64,000 nucleotides of DNA. It comes from Octopus bimaculoides. Lineage: Eukaryota. Each line of letters starts with the position of its first letter. Within the stretch, counting starts at the first letter, position 1. Made by a program: the position numbers and the translations under genes. The stretch is taken from the NCBI RefSeq assembly GCF_001194135.2, contig NC_068998.1, positions 54,682,528-54,746,527 on the forward strand. Direction: 5' to 3'. Below the pieces are notes generated by a model that was not told the origin of the DNA, searched no databases, and saw nothing but the letters and a program-made list of their open reading frames with translations. Positions 51,201 through 60,326 of the stretch are shown here, in pieces.

Positions 51201-51997
51201 AGAATGGTAAATGTGCATTCCTGCCTGTTTTGGATTTGGTTAGTCGGATGTACCAACTGTTGACCACAAGCTAAGACAAAATCTGACATCACTGATATAA
51301 AAAAAAAACAGGGATTAAAAAATCACTGATGTTGCATTTAACCACTCAGCCAAACAAAAGTGGCAAACATCGATGTACAGAATTTTAGTGACATTTTTGT
51401 GATATTGTCTCTACATCTGGAACAACCTGTTGTTGATGGAACTCCATATCTATCTTGTGCAGCATAAACTGATCAGTTGAGAAGAACAGGCCTACTGTTC
51501 AATCACTGATTGATTCTGAAATTCATTGATTGTCATTGATGAAAGTATAGGGCTCAGAGCATTTGTTAAACTTGTTTCTTGGTTAATCTGACCCAAACTA
51601 TCTTATCTTTTAACTTACCAATAATCTTCATCATTTTGCAGGTATTGGGGGACACGGAAGCTCAGGAATGACTGCTGACTTGGCGGATAAATATAAGGAG
51701 ATTATCCACCGAATTTCACATTATTTTATTAACGATGAGAATAGTAAAAGTACAACAGAATCCAAATCATTTGTTCCCAGTTCTGTAAAATCCAATCAAA
51801 CTAGTAATGAAGTTAACGAAGTCACTCCATCTATAGAAACAACACATGAGGAACATCATGTAGGTTCATTGAATCCTCACCAAGAAATGAATGAACAATT
51901 GACCATACATAACAGCAACCATCCAAGAACTCTATCCAGAACTAATGTGGCTAGGACGACATCTCGTTGGAGATGTGGTCTATGTAATGTATTATAA
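3911..51997 (+). CDS. Multi-exon gene model: NHR-Roc-COR-Death-TIR(-CaaX) ROCO protein, about 1234 aa visible, 20 exons
   Basis: All 20 exons have canonical AG/GT ends and matching phases; summed length 3705 nt = 1235 codons including stop. In-frame TGA at 3899-3901 upstream of ATG 3911. The only weak junction is exon 5 to exon 6, where an exon is probably missing. Confidence 0.9.
6721..7188. repeat. (CT)n microsatellite flanking N-gap 6766-7158
   Basis: Direct reading of the sequence. Confidence 0.95.
8354..8700 (-). mobile_element. tRNA-derived SINE family C, near full length
   Basis: Reverse complement of the family C head (A/B boxes, ggttcagtyccactg, ccttgggcaagt-like core) and its tail ending atgactgaaacaagtaaaaga. 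Confidence 0.8.
8813..8975 (+). CDS. Exon 2: Roc G1/P-loop
   Basis: TTTTAG|ATG...CAAAA|GTAAGA. With phase 1 it reads DDTPKEIFVRGEAAIKAYEKACCSGSEAVYRTRLMLVGKDRVGKTSLKRSLLGQ (GxxxxGKT). The ORF track shows another frame. Confidence 0.93.
9384..9456. repeat. 20-bp minisatellite, about 3.7 copies
   Basis: Unit ttcttacctgctccaatacc starts at 9384, 9404, 9424 and 9444. Confidence 0.95.
11408..11745 (+). mobile_element. tRNA-derived SINE family C
   Basis: gggttcagttccactgcatggcattttgggtaagcgtcttccactatagcc...atgactgaaacaaatgaaag. Other partial copies: 19303-19368(+), 19505-19765(-), 24130-24310(-), 28530-28670(-), 37480-37640(-), 41147-41275(+), 41325-41435(-), 47325-47680(-), 56815-57040(+), 58548-58760(+). 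Confidence 0.8.
11757..11845. repeat. 32-bp minisatellite, about 2.8 copies
   Basis: Unit tttacttaccttrtttyattaatctaccttaa starts at 11757, 11789 and 11821. Confidence 0.92.
12511..12680 (-). mobile_element. RTE-tail element (family A), 3' end
   Basis: (CAT)n-cgtttaatgtccattttccatgctggcatgggttgg is the reverse complement of the family A tail. Confidence 0.8.
15331..15716 (+). mobile_element. RTE-tail element (family A) with internal subrepeats
   Basis: Repeated ggtggcacataaaaagcacc / gactggc blocks, then ttggcgttaggaaggg...aacccatgccagcatggaaagcggatattaaacg(ATG)n. Other copies: 14853-14952(+), 18083-18352(+), 31651-31830(-), 52906-53178(+), 55006-55175(-). Confidence 0.85.
16282..16436 (+). 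CDS. Exon 3: Roc switch I (G2) and start of insertion
   Basis: TTACAG|A...ATTG|GTAAAT, phase 2 to 1. Reads KDDQPLESTDGVDLSESCSFNTSDSKAWRL...; STDGVD is the Roc switch-I type motif. Confidence 0.9.
16553..16679. mobile_element. 127-bp Tc1/mariner-type MITE
   Basis: 29-bp TIRs CAGGGTGGCCACAAGGTCTGGGTGCATGG / CCATGTACCCAGACTTTGTGGACACCCTG (3 mismatches), flanked by TA at 16551-52 and 16680-81. Confidence 0.85.
19124..19251 (+). CDS. Exon 4: Roc insertion
   Basis: CTCTCAG|GT...AAA|GTAAGT, phase 1 to 0. Reads GGVAALEEEFTDSTALNVYLEMVLHQKEKELKNKNNFQKNDKK. Confidence 0.85.
20185..20755 (-). mobile_element. RTE LINE 3' end (ORF C-terminus, 3'UTR, (GAT)n tail)
   Basis: Minus strand: HMDKDICVKKCRSLTVERTCGRGRPRKTWNEVVKHDLRTLGL, a typical RTE C-terminus, followed by the family A tail. 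Confidence 0.88.
21164..21448 (+). CDS. Exon 5: insertion end and Roc G3
   Basis: CCCACAG|ACA...CAG|GTAGGA, phase 0 to 0. Ends VTLDIWDFAGQAVYYTTHQ, the classic Roc WDFAGQxxYYxTH motif. Confidence 0.95.
21471..22332. repeat. (TAC)n and (GT)n microsatellites flanking N-gap 21580-22263
   Basis: Direct reading of the sequence. Confidence 0.95.
23303..23448. repeat. 35-bp minisatellite, about 4.2 copies
   Basis: Unit tgtgttggcaacatttggtyaatgagttgatggtt. Confidence 0.95.
23500..23760. mobile_element. Palindromic MITE-like element
   Basis: Outer inverted ends aatatgcttgaggcac / gtgtctcaagcatatt; inner 49-bp inverted repeat 23575-23623 vs 23676-23724 (46/49). Confidence 0.75.
25380..25700 (+). mobile_element. 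tRNA-derived SINE family D
   Basis: Head gaaggcacatggctcagtgg...gagttcaattccc...gtgtccttgagcaagac. Related heads at about 32300-32530(+) and 37860-37960(-). Confidence 0.65.
25810..25995 (+). CDS. Exon 6 (visible): Roc G4 region
   Basis: EDQTVENMSNLGYIDYWMKSIHAHS...SPPMFIVGTHRNSL...KQM|GTAAGT. The acceptor is uncertain: AAG at 25807-25809 (phase 0) or TAG at 25785-25787 (phase 2). Confidence 0.82.
26544..26758 (+). mobile_element. tRNA-derived SINE family B, full length
   Basis: A-box tggcagagtgg, B-box gagttcaaattc, core gttgactttgcctttcatcctttc..ggtcgataaattaagtaccag. Other copies: 13465-13645(-), 16712-16900(-), 25225-25322(-), 35200-35380(-), 35719-35937(-), 36044-36255(+), 40050-40212(+). 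Confidence 0.85.
27143..27262 (+). CDS. Exon 7: Roc G5 region
   Basis: TTGCAG|GTG...CAG|GTTTGA, phase 0. Reads VKEKFNALEEFLIGKPYYKHIIKPFFAVENYGSEDEEDVQ. Confidence 0.9.
27725..27868 (+). CDS. Exon 8: Roc end / COR start
   Basis: TTTTAG|ATT...CAG|GTAGGT. Reads ICLLREHIQKVALQEPYMGEKIPTRWLQFEDII... (COR IPxxWL motif). Absent from the ORF track. Confidence 0.92.
29852..30061 (+). CDS. Exon 9: COR-A
   Basis: CTCAG|GTG...CAA|GTAAGT. Reads ...MLDFYHDLGVIIYYGG...LVILNLQWLVEMFRRVIT (COR FxHDLGxIxY and VIxxxxWL motifs). Confidence 0.93.
31471..31629 (+). CDS. Exon 10: COR-A
   Basis: TTACAG|GAT...AAG|GTAGGA. Reads ...LEKYGLLDEQLINYLW...LLGLLQKFDLICKRIPSK. Confidence 0.92.
32575..32790. repeat. Compound (TA)/(TG) microsatellite
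   Basis: Direct reading; it produces the spurious YI/HT-rich ORFs. Confidence 0.95.
33136..33265 (+). CDS. Exon 11: COR-A/B junction
   Basis: ATTAG|GTG...CCAG|GTAATT, phase 0 to 1. Reads VDNSKGASYYVPSMF...FYLNFHGFLP. Confidence 0.9.
34909..35066 (+). CDS. Exon 12: COR-B
   Basis: TTTTCAG|AA...AAG|GTAACA, phase 1 to 0. Reads EALFHRILAHTLHWSQECGGSEPYLYYRVARLFLDSEHDFILEMLPSSYAKVK and continues the FLP-E-xLFHR motif. Confidence 0.9.
36984..37085 (+). CDS. Exon 13: COR-B
   Basis: TTGCAG|GTT...AAG|GTATTC, phase 0 to 0. Reads VVVMRVAEAREEDVYISDNGQKAPLVTSPQAVAK. Confidence 0.83.
38148..38327 (+). CDS. Exon 14: COR-B end and Cys/His cluster
   Basis: CAACAG|GTA...AAG|GTTAGT. Reads VRNFLDTTLLRLREVWMKRISYSTSVSCPCGQLCDFHHISGCTAETCLHFLDLDECLSKK. 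Confidence 0.9.
39050..40970 (+). mobile_element. Decayed Ty3/Gypsy gag-pol remnant (intron 14)
   Basis: Motifs in order, broken by stops and frameshifts: Zn-knuckle CGSKHTSSECPAFGQTCIKC (about 39060), RT YFAKMDLKEAHQQIE (about 39860), INTPK, YGIKTGSATF*RV, YQDS (40216), RNase H TTSKTRYSNIEK (about 40690), DLLSQL (about 40955). Confidence 0.8.
43676..43748 (+). CDS. Exon 15: end of Cys/His cluster
   Basis: AAACAG|GTT...GTTG|GTGAGT, phase 0 to 1. Reads VICCGHRRMKTTFVQKWFPPHHTV. Confidence 0.88.
44721..44879 (+). CDS. Exon 16: linker and Death domain N-half
   Basis: T-rich tract, GTAAAAG|CC...TTGG|GTAAGA, phase 1 to 1. Reads ...LPYWIKSAAKLLNNGVENLDWVCLANYL (DWxxLAxxLG death-fold motif). Confidence 0.88.
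45774..45947 (+). CDS. Exon 17: Death domain C-half
   Basis: ATTCAG|GT...AGAG|GTAAGT, phase 1 to 1. Reads GYKKPKIDKF...PSLALLTDW...SVDVLHTFLEKMSRYDIIDLL (LLxxW and LxxxxRxD death-fold pattern). Confidence 0.9.
46311..46486 (+). CDS. Exon 18: TIR domain N-half
   Basis: TTCCAG|AA...AAG|GTGAGA, phase 1 to 0. Reads QVFISYQWDSQDAVKALWDRLERAGISCWMDIGQMGGGDQLYNKIEQGIRNCK (TIR_2 VFISY and WxD..GG motifs). Confidence 0.95.
50020..50440 (+). mobile_element. Penelope-like element remnant with decayed hammerhead motif
   Basis: Long pyrimidine-rich tract followed by tcttCTGATGAgggacttgtgtccAAAATATCaaga, matching the minimal type I hammerhead layout described for PLE pseudo-LTRs. Confidence 0.5.
50729..50906 (+). 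CDS. Exon 19: TIR domain C-half with conserved Glu
   Basis: TTTTAG|ATT...AATG|GTTAGT, phase 0 to 1. Reads IILACVTPKYVISHLCNRELSLADGLRKPILPVMFESIVWPPPGGMALIFSNLVYIDMN. Absent from the ORF track. Confidence 0.95.
51642..51997 (+). CDS. Exon 20: TIR end, low-complexity linker, CaaX terminus
   Basis: TTGCAG|GT, phase 1. Reads GIGGHGSSGMTADLADKYKEIIHRI...RTTSRWRCGLCNVL* with TAA at 51995-51997. Confidence 0.9.
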
Positions 51998-52017
51998 CAA
52001 TGTATTAAGAATTATGT

Positions 52018-54004
52018 TTGTCTCTAATCCACCTGTTATATATCACACTAATAAATCTACCTGTTAATGATTTATTGAATATTTTTAGATATGAACATAA
52101 TGGTGATTTCTATCACATCTTTTGTCTTTTGTGTGTGTGTGTTTACAAACACACACAAACAAACTGGAGTTTGCAGTATTATTTTTCAAAATAAATAATC
52201 AGGATATGAGAACATGACTTATTTGGTGACCAAACCTTGAGAGTTCATTCTATAGTGTCACCCCAAAGGTTTTTAAATCTATTGAGTTATGATATTAGTT
52301 GTTGATTTACAGAATTGTACAAGGGATCTGGTCAAGTGGATAAAATATTGAAAAGCAAGCTTCTTACCACACAGCCATGCTTTCGCCTGTCTTTTGAATA
52401 AAGTAAATGGCTGCTGTGCCCCGGTGAGAAAATGATTTTACTTTAACCAAGTTTCCATCTCTTAGAATTCTATATTCCTCTATTGTTGTGGGGCTTACGG
52501 TTTTCTGGTTATCCTCCATAACCTGTTACCGTTGCATAAAGACACACATCATTGTCATTAGCAAAAAAGTTAAAAACACTCGGATCATTATCAATATTTC
52601 TGGTGATTTGGAATATTGTGGAATGTAAATATATTTATTGTCCTTTGGTGCTTCCCTTAACAACAAGAACTTGAATGTCTCATCAATATCACAGTTATTG
52701 GAGAACTGCCAACTTGCAATTCTATAAAGTTCTAATATAATGGTGGAATTATACATGTAACAACAGGTATGACTTTGTGTGTGTGTTTGTTAAAGAAAAG
52801 ATGTAGTTGTTCTACTTGATGATCTATAAGGAATTTTTGAACAACTGTCTATCAATCAATCTATCCATCTACTCACACACAATGTGTGTGTGTGTGTGTG
52901 CCCCTGGACTGGCTTGTGTGGGTGGCACATAAAAGACACCATTTCAAGCGTGGCCGTTGCCAGTATCGCCTGACTGGCCTTCGTGCAGGTGACACGTAAA
53001 AGCACCTACTACACTCTCTGAGTGGTTGGCGTTAGGAAGGGCATCCAGCTGTAGAAACTCTGCCAAATTTAGATTGGAGCCTGGTGTTGCCATCCGGTTT
53101 CACCAGTCCTCAGTCAAATCGTCCAACCCATGCTAGCATGGAAAGCGGACGTTAAGCGATGATGATGATGATGATGATNNNNNNNNNNNNNNNNNNNNNN
53201 NNNNNNNNNNNNNNNNNNNNNNNNNNNNNNNNNNNNNNNNNNNNNNNNNNNNNNNNNNNNNNNNNNNNNNNNNNNNNNNNNNNNNNNNNNNNNNNNNNNN
53301 NNNNNNNNNNNNNNNNNNNNNNNNNNNNNNNNNNNNNNNNNNNNNNNNNNNNNNNNNNNNNNNNNNNNNNNNNNNNNNNNNNNNNNNNNNNNNNNNNNNN
53401 NNNNNNNNNNNNNNNNNNNNNNNNNNNNNNNNNNNNNNNNNNNNNNNNNNNNNNNNNNNNNNNNNNNNNNNNNNNNNNNNNNNNNNNNNNNNNNNNNNNN
53501 NNNNNNNNNNNNNNNNNNNNNNNNNNNNNNNNNNNNNNNNNNNNNNNNNNNNNNNNNNNNNNNNNNNNNNNNNNNNNNNNNNNNNNNNNNNNNNNNNNNN
53601 NNNNNNNNNNNNNNNNNNNNNNNNNNNNNNNNNNNNNNNNNNNNNNNNNNNNNNNNNNNNNNNNNNNNNNNNNNNNNNNNNNNNNNNNNNNNNNNNNNNN
53701 NNNNNNNNNNNNNNNNNNNNNNNNNNNNNNNNNNNNNNNNNNNNNNNNNNNNNNNNNNNNNNNNNNNNNNNNNNNNNNNNNNNNNNNNNNNNNNNNNNNN
53801 NNNNNNNNNNNNNNNNNNNNNNNNNNNNNNNNNNNNNNNNNNNNNNNNNNNNNNNNNNNNNNNNNNNNNNNNNNNNNNNNNNNNNNNNNNNNNNNNNNNN
53901 NNNNNNNNNNNNNNGCCCTTGTCTCTAATCCACCTGTTATATATCACACTAATAAATCTACCTGTTAATGATTTATTGAATATTTTTAGATATGAACATA
54001 ATGG
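52018..54004 (+). repeat. 86-bp perfect direct repeat (52018-52103 and 53919-54004)
   Basis: Identical ttgtctctaatcc...gaacataatgg; the second copy starts 4 nt after an N-gap. Confidence 0.95.
52050..52055 (+). terminator. Candidate polyadenylation signal AATAAA
   Basis: First AATAAA after the stop codon, about 50 nt downstream; it lies inside the 86-bp duplicated block. Confidence 0.5.
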
Positions 54005-54450
54005 GTACGTACGTATCGTAGATCAAGATGGGAAGGATAACTTCCCTTGGCAAATACAGACAGGGCACAGATGTGTGTCGATAGCCAGCTGGAGGAGATG
54101 TCCTCCTGGGGCTAAAAGCAACAGTAACATCCACCCCTCGGGGTCAGCCACATTTAAGTGGCAAATATACTTCACTTTATCGTGCAGTTACTGTTAATAC
54201 CTCGTTCAGAGATTTAACATTGCTTATATCTATATATATATATATATTGTGTCATATATATGTTAAATATCTTGTAAGACACTATCTGGACTCAAAAGAC
54301 ATGCTGGTTCACAAAAATATTCCTTCAGAATCAGATTCGAAATGGCAAAGATATAGAAGAAACTTGAATAATATCTGTCTCTTGTGTTTAAAACTCAGTT
54401 AGTCAGCAGGTGGTCTTAAAAGTCATTTAAGGGATCATCAATGAATGTAT

Positions 54451-54494
<44 letters not shown>

Positions 54495-57400
54495 CATTAA
54501 GAGTTTTTAACTCTATTTCTTGCAGTTTCGGTGCTTTGGCAGCAACAATTAGTGACAATTAAATTTTTCCTTTATGGTATTATATTGCACTTAGCTGTTT
54601 ATATTAATTTATATATATATATAATTATACACACACACACACACACACGCACGTAGCAGCTCCTCTTTCAAGCATGTCATGTTCAAAACATGATTATAAT
54701 AATTCATTGTGAAAAAAAAAAGCAAAAATTTTCTCCTAAACTTTTCCAGTTTATATTTATTTATTTTTTATTATCTTTTTATTACAATTCTGAAACTTTC
54801 ATAATTTTTTTCAGACAATGTCTGATTTTTTGTTTTCAACATTAACTCTCAAGGCAATATTTAAATTCAGTTGTTTTGACTTCAGCATACATTGGAACAG
54901 ACATCACAACTCTATCCAGCATTGCTCAGCCAACAATGGAATCTTGAGGTGGTTACTCAGTCTGCTAGATATGGCAGCCAAATTTCCCACAAATCATATC
55001 CTTTTCATCATCATCATCATCGTTTAACGTCCGTTTTCCATGCTGGCATGGGTTGGATGGTTCAGCTGGCGTCTGGAAAGCCAGCAGGCTGCACCAGACT
55101 CCAGTCTGATATGGCAATGTTTCTACAGCTGGATGCCCTTCCTAATGCCAATCACTCTGAGAGTGTAGTGAGTGCTTATGTACTATGCCTAAAAAGTATG
55201 ATGAGGTGGTAACAGCTGAAATGCCTCAGAATATGGAGTTGATTGATCAGGTTCAGCCAGATTTATGAACAAAGATTAACAATTAATTGATAGTTGACAA
55301 TTCTAACAAAAGATGGTTTCCAACCAGAGTAAGCAAGGATTTAATTTTGTTGTTATGTAATACCACCAGGAGTCTCTGTGGTAGTTTAGGATAAAATCCC
55401 AGGATATGCCTTTCCATCTATTGTTGCCCCCTTATTGCTGGAAGGGTCATGGGGTTTAGACCCTCCCAGTCACCTCTTCCATAGAGTTCTACCAGAAACA
55501 ACCCTCATTACACTTCCCTTCGAGATTCCAACTGAAACTAGGGATATTATTGTCCGACCACCTTGTTCTTGGTTTACTTCTCAGTCTCCTACTGGTTGGC
55601 TCAGCTTGAAGAATCTGTCTTAGAATCCTTTCTTGTGGCATTCTAACCACATGTCTGTTGTACTAGGGACTCCCTAATCTTCGACTCAACCTCAAAGGAC
55701 TCCCTAATCTTCAAGCTTTGTATCATTACATCAGAGACCCTTCTTTTTTTATTATCTTTCGATAATTACCTGCAACAGCTGCCAGTTGATGCTGTGAATC
55801 CACTTGGGTGTTAGTGAATGAAATTAAAGAACATCTTTGATACCAGTTTGTCTGCTGTTTTATAAGGGCTGGGCACATGAGGCCATCATTTCAAATTCAT
55901 AAATTTTTGACAAAATCACCAAACAGATGATCTAGGAACAGATTTAACTCTCGCATTCGTAAGACACAGTTTGAAGATTTTTAACTTTGGCTCAAAACAA
56001 CAACAATTTAAAACAATCACGGATTTCAGTAGGTTTTGATTGTTTTGAGGCCACTTGCTGGGTTTAACTGAAGTCATCTGACATCATCATTGCTATTCCC
56101 ATCTAAGATACAATGTTATACAAATTTCGTAATTCCTTTCTCAAGGGCTCTCTTGTCTACCATTGGTGCATATTTCATCCCTTGTCCAATTCTTCAGTTC
56201 TTACCGCTGTTGCTGATTTCACCAATTGTTATTACATCACTGTCTCTTTTACATCACACACTCTTAACCAATCGTTATATATTTGTTAATATCTTATATA
56301 TTTTCATCCTAAATTCAATGCAAAATGTCAAAATTGCATAAAATTAATTTCAAACTCAAAATATTTTGATAATTAAAGTTAATTAATGGATTTCACAGAA
56401 TTATTGAATTCTGGATTGAATTATTGACAGCCAGGTTCTGTTTGTATTGTTTAGTAACACTTTACTTCTAGGGATAATCTTTGCCGGTTGTGGAGAAAGA
56501 GAGAGATTTATTAACAGATTTGTACAATCGCTAACTCCTGAGCAGGAGGATCTAATGCTGTCAGCCTTTTCCTCTTTCTTTAGAATGATAAGGATTGAAT
56601 TGAGGGATATTTGACAGCTATTTCTAACATATCAAGCAGCCACATGGAGGCTTCTTGATATAATAAAGTGAACCAGAAGTTATTAGCTACAGTTAATTAG
56701 TCACATAGTAGAAGTCTGAACAAATGATTTCTTTTACCAAATCTTCATTATTCCAAAACTTATTCCATTCCGGAAAAGAACAAATGGCCAAAATATGATA
56801 AAATGTTTCACAGGGACGCAAGGATGGTTAAGAAGCTTGCTTTGCAACCATGGGATTTCAGGTTCAGTCCTAGTGTATGGCACCTTTGGCAAGTGTCTTC
56901 TACTATGGCCCTGGACTGACTTAAGGCTTTGTTGATACCATGTATCCTCCTCCTTGCACCCACCACCTGATAACCAGTGTTGGTTTGTTTACTTCTCTGT
57001 AACTTAGTGGTTCAGCAAAAGAGAACAATTGAGTGTGTACCATTTTTGATTCAAGTGTCTCTAGCATTTTCACCTGTAAAATTTTCCCCAAACAAATATT
57101 CCAAATACAAGGAATCTTTGTACAAAAAACAATGTCTCAGAATGTTGAGATGGACATGTAAACTACGGAGCAAAAGAAAACTAAAATCCTTCAAAGAAAG
57201 AGAGAAAAAATTCTCCCCTGTCAATTTGTTTAAATCATATTCCCCCTCCCCTCACCAGTCGTTTGGCAGTTTTACTTTTAGCTTTGGTTAATCGATCTAA
57301 ACTTGAAGAAAGAGAAATCAATGATGTAAACTGCTGACGTTTGATTGGGAAAATATTTTCCCTGAAGCAGTTTGTGTTGATGGGTCAGAAATTTGGTGTT

Positions 57401-59556
57401 AAAAGCAGCAACACTTTAAAACGCAGCTGGAAAATGTTGAATAATACTAGATTTATAAGAATACCTATTGAGTGTTTATTCCATTCCCGAAATCATTACC
57501 AGGATTGCTAAACTAAAGAATATGATGTGGGTCTATTTTTTTGTCCATTTTTAAAACTAAAAATGAAGTTTGAGGAACAAAATATTTGAAAACAGTCGTT
57601 GCTATGGTTTTTATTTCTGGCAAAACTGTGTCGAAGTAGAAAAGAAGCTTCTGGAAAAACGAGAAAGAATTTTGTGAGGAGGAGAATGAAATTGTTGATG
57701 CATTAAAATCCTAATTTTTAAAATTAAGAATCCAATAGAATATTAAGTTATGGACCAGGTATGTCAGAACTAACCAACAAGACAGAAGCAAAACAGACCT
57801 ATTTGAAATTCTACACAAAATTTCTACATGCAAAACACTCAGAAAATTCCCCAGAATCTTATTTCAGCAACACAAAAGAAACAGCAATTCTTTGAGCAGA
57901 ATACATTTAATCCATCATGGATCATGGCCGGGTTACAGCATAACAAAATAACATTTCACTTCTCCAGTTAAATGGTGCCAACTTAGGGAGAAATGGTGCT
58001 GGAAACACATTTTTTATGACTTGGTAGCATTGGGTGTCTTACTTTTTAAATGCAAACATGGCAAAGCAGTTGATTCATTGAATTCTTATTTCAAATTAAA
58101 AATACCACCACCACCACTCTCCCCCCCCCCCTGCAGGTTTCAGTTCTACATTGTTATTTTCTTCAAATGTTTAGTCTTTGTCAAATTCTTGGCAACACTG
58201 TTTTAATGTAAACAAACACAGCAGAAACAGACAAATTATGCAAGAAAAATCTTGTTGAATTGATTATTTTGAATGCAGAGAAACAATTATTTGAAGAATC
58301 ATGTGTTTGGTGGTTCACGTTTGCTGGATTACTTTAGCATAAAGTCAGGAGTTAAATTCCGACTTCTGCTGCTTTGTGAGGAAAATCACTTAAATGAGAT
58401 TTGCTTCAATCTGCCAAACGGATAAACCTGTTTCTTGTTTCTTGTTTCTCGTTGATAAGAAAGAATGTCCAGTTGGAAAATGGTTTCTCTAGCAAGAAAA
58501 CAAACAAACAATGATCACAAAACAACAAAAGAATAATTAATATTTGCTTGGTGTGATTGTACGGTTAAGAAGCTTGCTTGCCAACCATGTGCTCTTGGGT
58601 TCAATCTCACTGTATGGTACCACGGCCAAGTGTCTTCTGCTATAGCTCTAGGGCTGACCAAAAGCATTGTGAGTGGATTCGGTAGATGGAAACTGAAAGA
58701 AGCCTGATGTATGAGTGTGTGTATCCTTTTCTAGACACCACACGATGGTTGTGAACAAGCACCATTGTCATACGAATAGGGGTTTATTCATTACCATTAT
58801 TTTGTGATTGCATTTATAATTAATGGGAGCAAACCCTGGCCATTATCTACTCAAGAATATCCAATGTTAATAGAAGAAAGTATTCCTGTGGAACAGAGTT
58901 GGAAATTTAGTGCACCATCCGTCCGCCTGTCCATCCATCCATCTTCTGTTTCCTACCACCTATGGTCTGGTGGCCTTGCTACATTTGAGTGTTTTAGTTG
59001 CTTTTAAGATTCCAGTCTTTGAGATTAGTCTTCACCCTTAGATGCACCTCCACTAGAAGATTTTATTGGAACTGTGATTGGAATTTGTTCTCTGCCCCTC
59101 TCTAAGGTGCTCTTCTCTGTCGAGAGAATTCCAGCCAAACTCTTAACAACGAGTATGGAAGAGGGTTTCCAGAATACTTTACTAACCAAAAACCATAATT
59201 TCTTTGGGTCTGTATATTTTAAGCCTCGTAAATTACGAATCTGCAAGATTGTGGTGAGATTTGAACCTCTGCCTTCCTTTTCTGTAATTTTTCAGTTTTG
59301 AATTCCTTTTGAAATTTGTTTTCAGAATTGAAATTATGAGACTTCAAAATTATGCCCAACAGCAATCTGAAAAAAGAACTTTTCATAAAAAGCGAAAACT
59401 TAAAATTTACTGAGAAGATGGGGAGGAGGGGAAGTAAAACAAAAAAAAAAAACAACTCTCGTTTGTGTGCGCATGTGTGAGTGTTTACTGTAATCTGTGA
59501 TGCTTAAAACATCCAAATCCAAAGAAATTACAGTTTTAGGCACCTTTGATAATGTA

Positions 59557-60326
59557 NNNNNNNNNNNNNNNNNNNNNNNNNNNNNNNNNNNNNNNNNNNN
59601 NNNNNNNNNNNNNNNNNNNNNNNNNNNNNNNNNNNNNNNNNNNNNNNNNNNNNNNNNNNNNNNNNNNNNNNNNNNNNNNNNNNNNNNNNNNNNNNNNNNN
59701 NNNNNNNNNNNNNNNNNNNNNNNNNNNNNNNNNNNNNNNNNNNNNNNNNNNNNNNNNNNNNNNNNNNNNNNNNNNNNNNNNNNNNNNNNNNNNNNNNNNN
59801 NNNNNNNNNNNNNNNNNNNNNNNNNNNNNNNNNNNNNNNNNNNNNNNNNNNNNNNNNNNNNNNNNNNNNNNNNNNNNNNNNNNNNNNNNNNNNNNNNNNN
59901 NNNNNNNNNNNNNNNNNNNNNNNNNNNNNNNNNNNNNNNNNNNNNNNNNNNNNNNNNNNNNNNNNNNNNNNNNNNNNNNNNNNNNNNNNNNNNNNNNNNN
60001 NNNNNNNNNNNNNNNNNNNNNNNNNNNNNNNNNNNNNNNNNNNNNNNNNNNNNNNNNNNNNNNNNNNNNNNNNNNNNNNNNNNNNNNNNNNNNNNNNNNN
60101 NNNNNNNNNNNNNNNNNNNNNNNNNNNNNNNNNNNNNNNNNNNNNNNNNNNNNNNNNNNNNNNNNNNNNNNNNNNNNNNNNNNNNNNNNNNNNNNNNNNN
60201 NNNNNNNNNNNNNNNNNNNNNNNNNNNNNNNNNNNNNNNNNNNNNNNNNNNNNNNNNNNNNNNNNNNNNNNNNNNNNNNNNNNNNNNNNNNNNNNNNNNN
60301 NNNNNNNNNNNNNNNNNNNNNNNNNA
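59557..60326. other. Assembly gap (other gaps: 17459-17549, 35751-35760, 44024-44033, 53179-53914)
   Basis: Runs of N. Confidence 0.99.

Noticed and set aside
57300-59450. Purine-rich stretches resembling a decayed transposase (e.g. MPNSN near 59350)
   Set aside because: Could not assemble a coherent series of motifs; needs a profile search.
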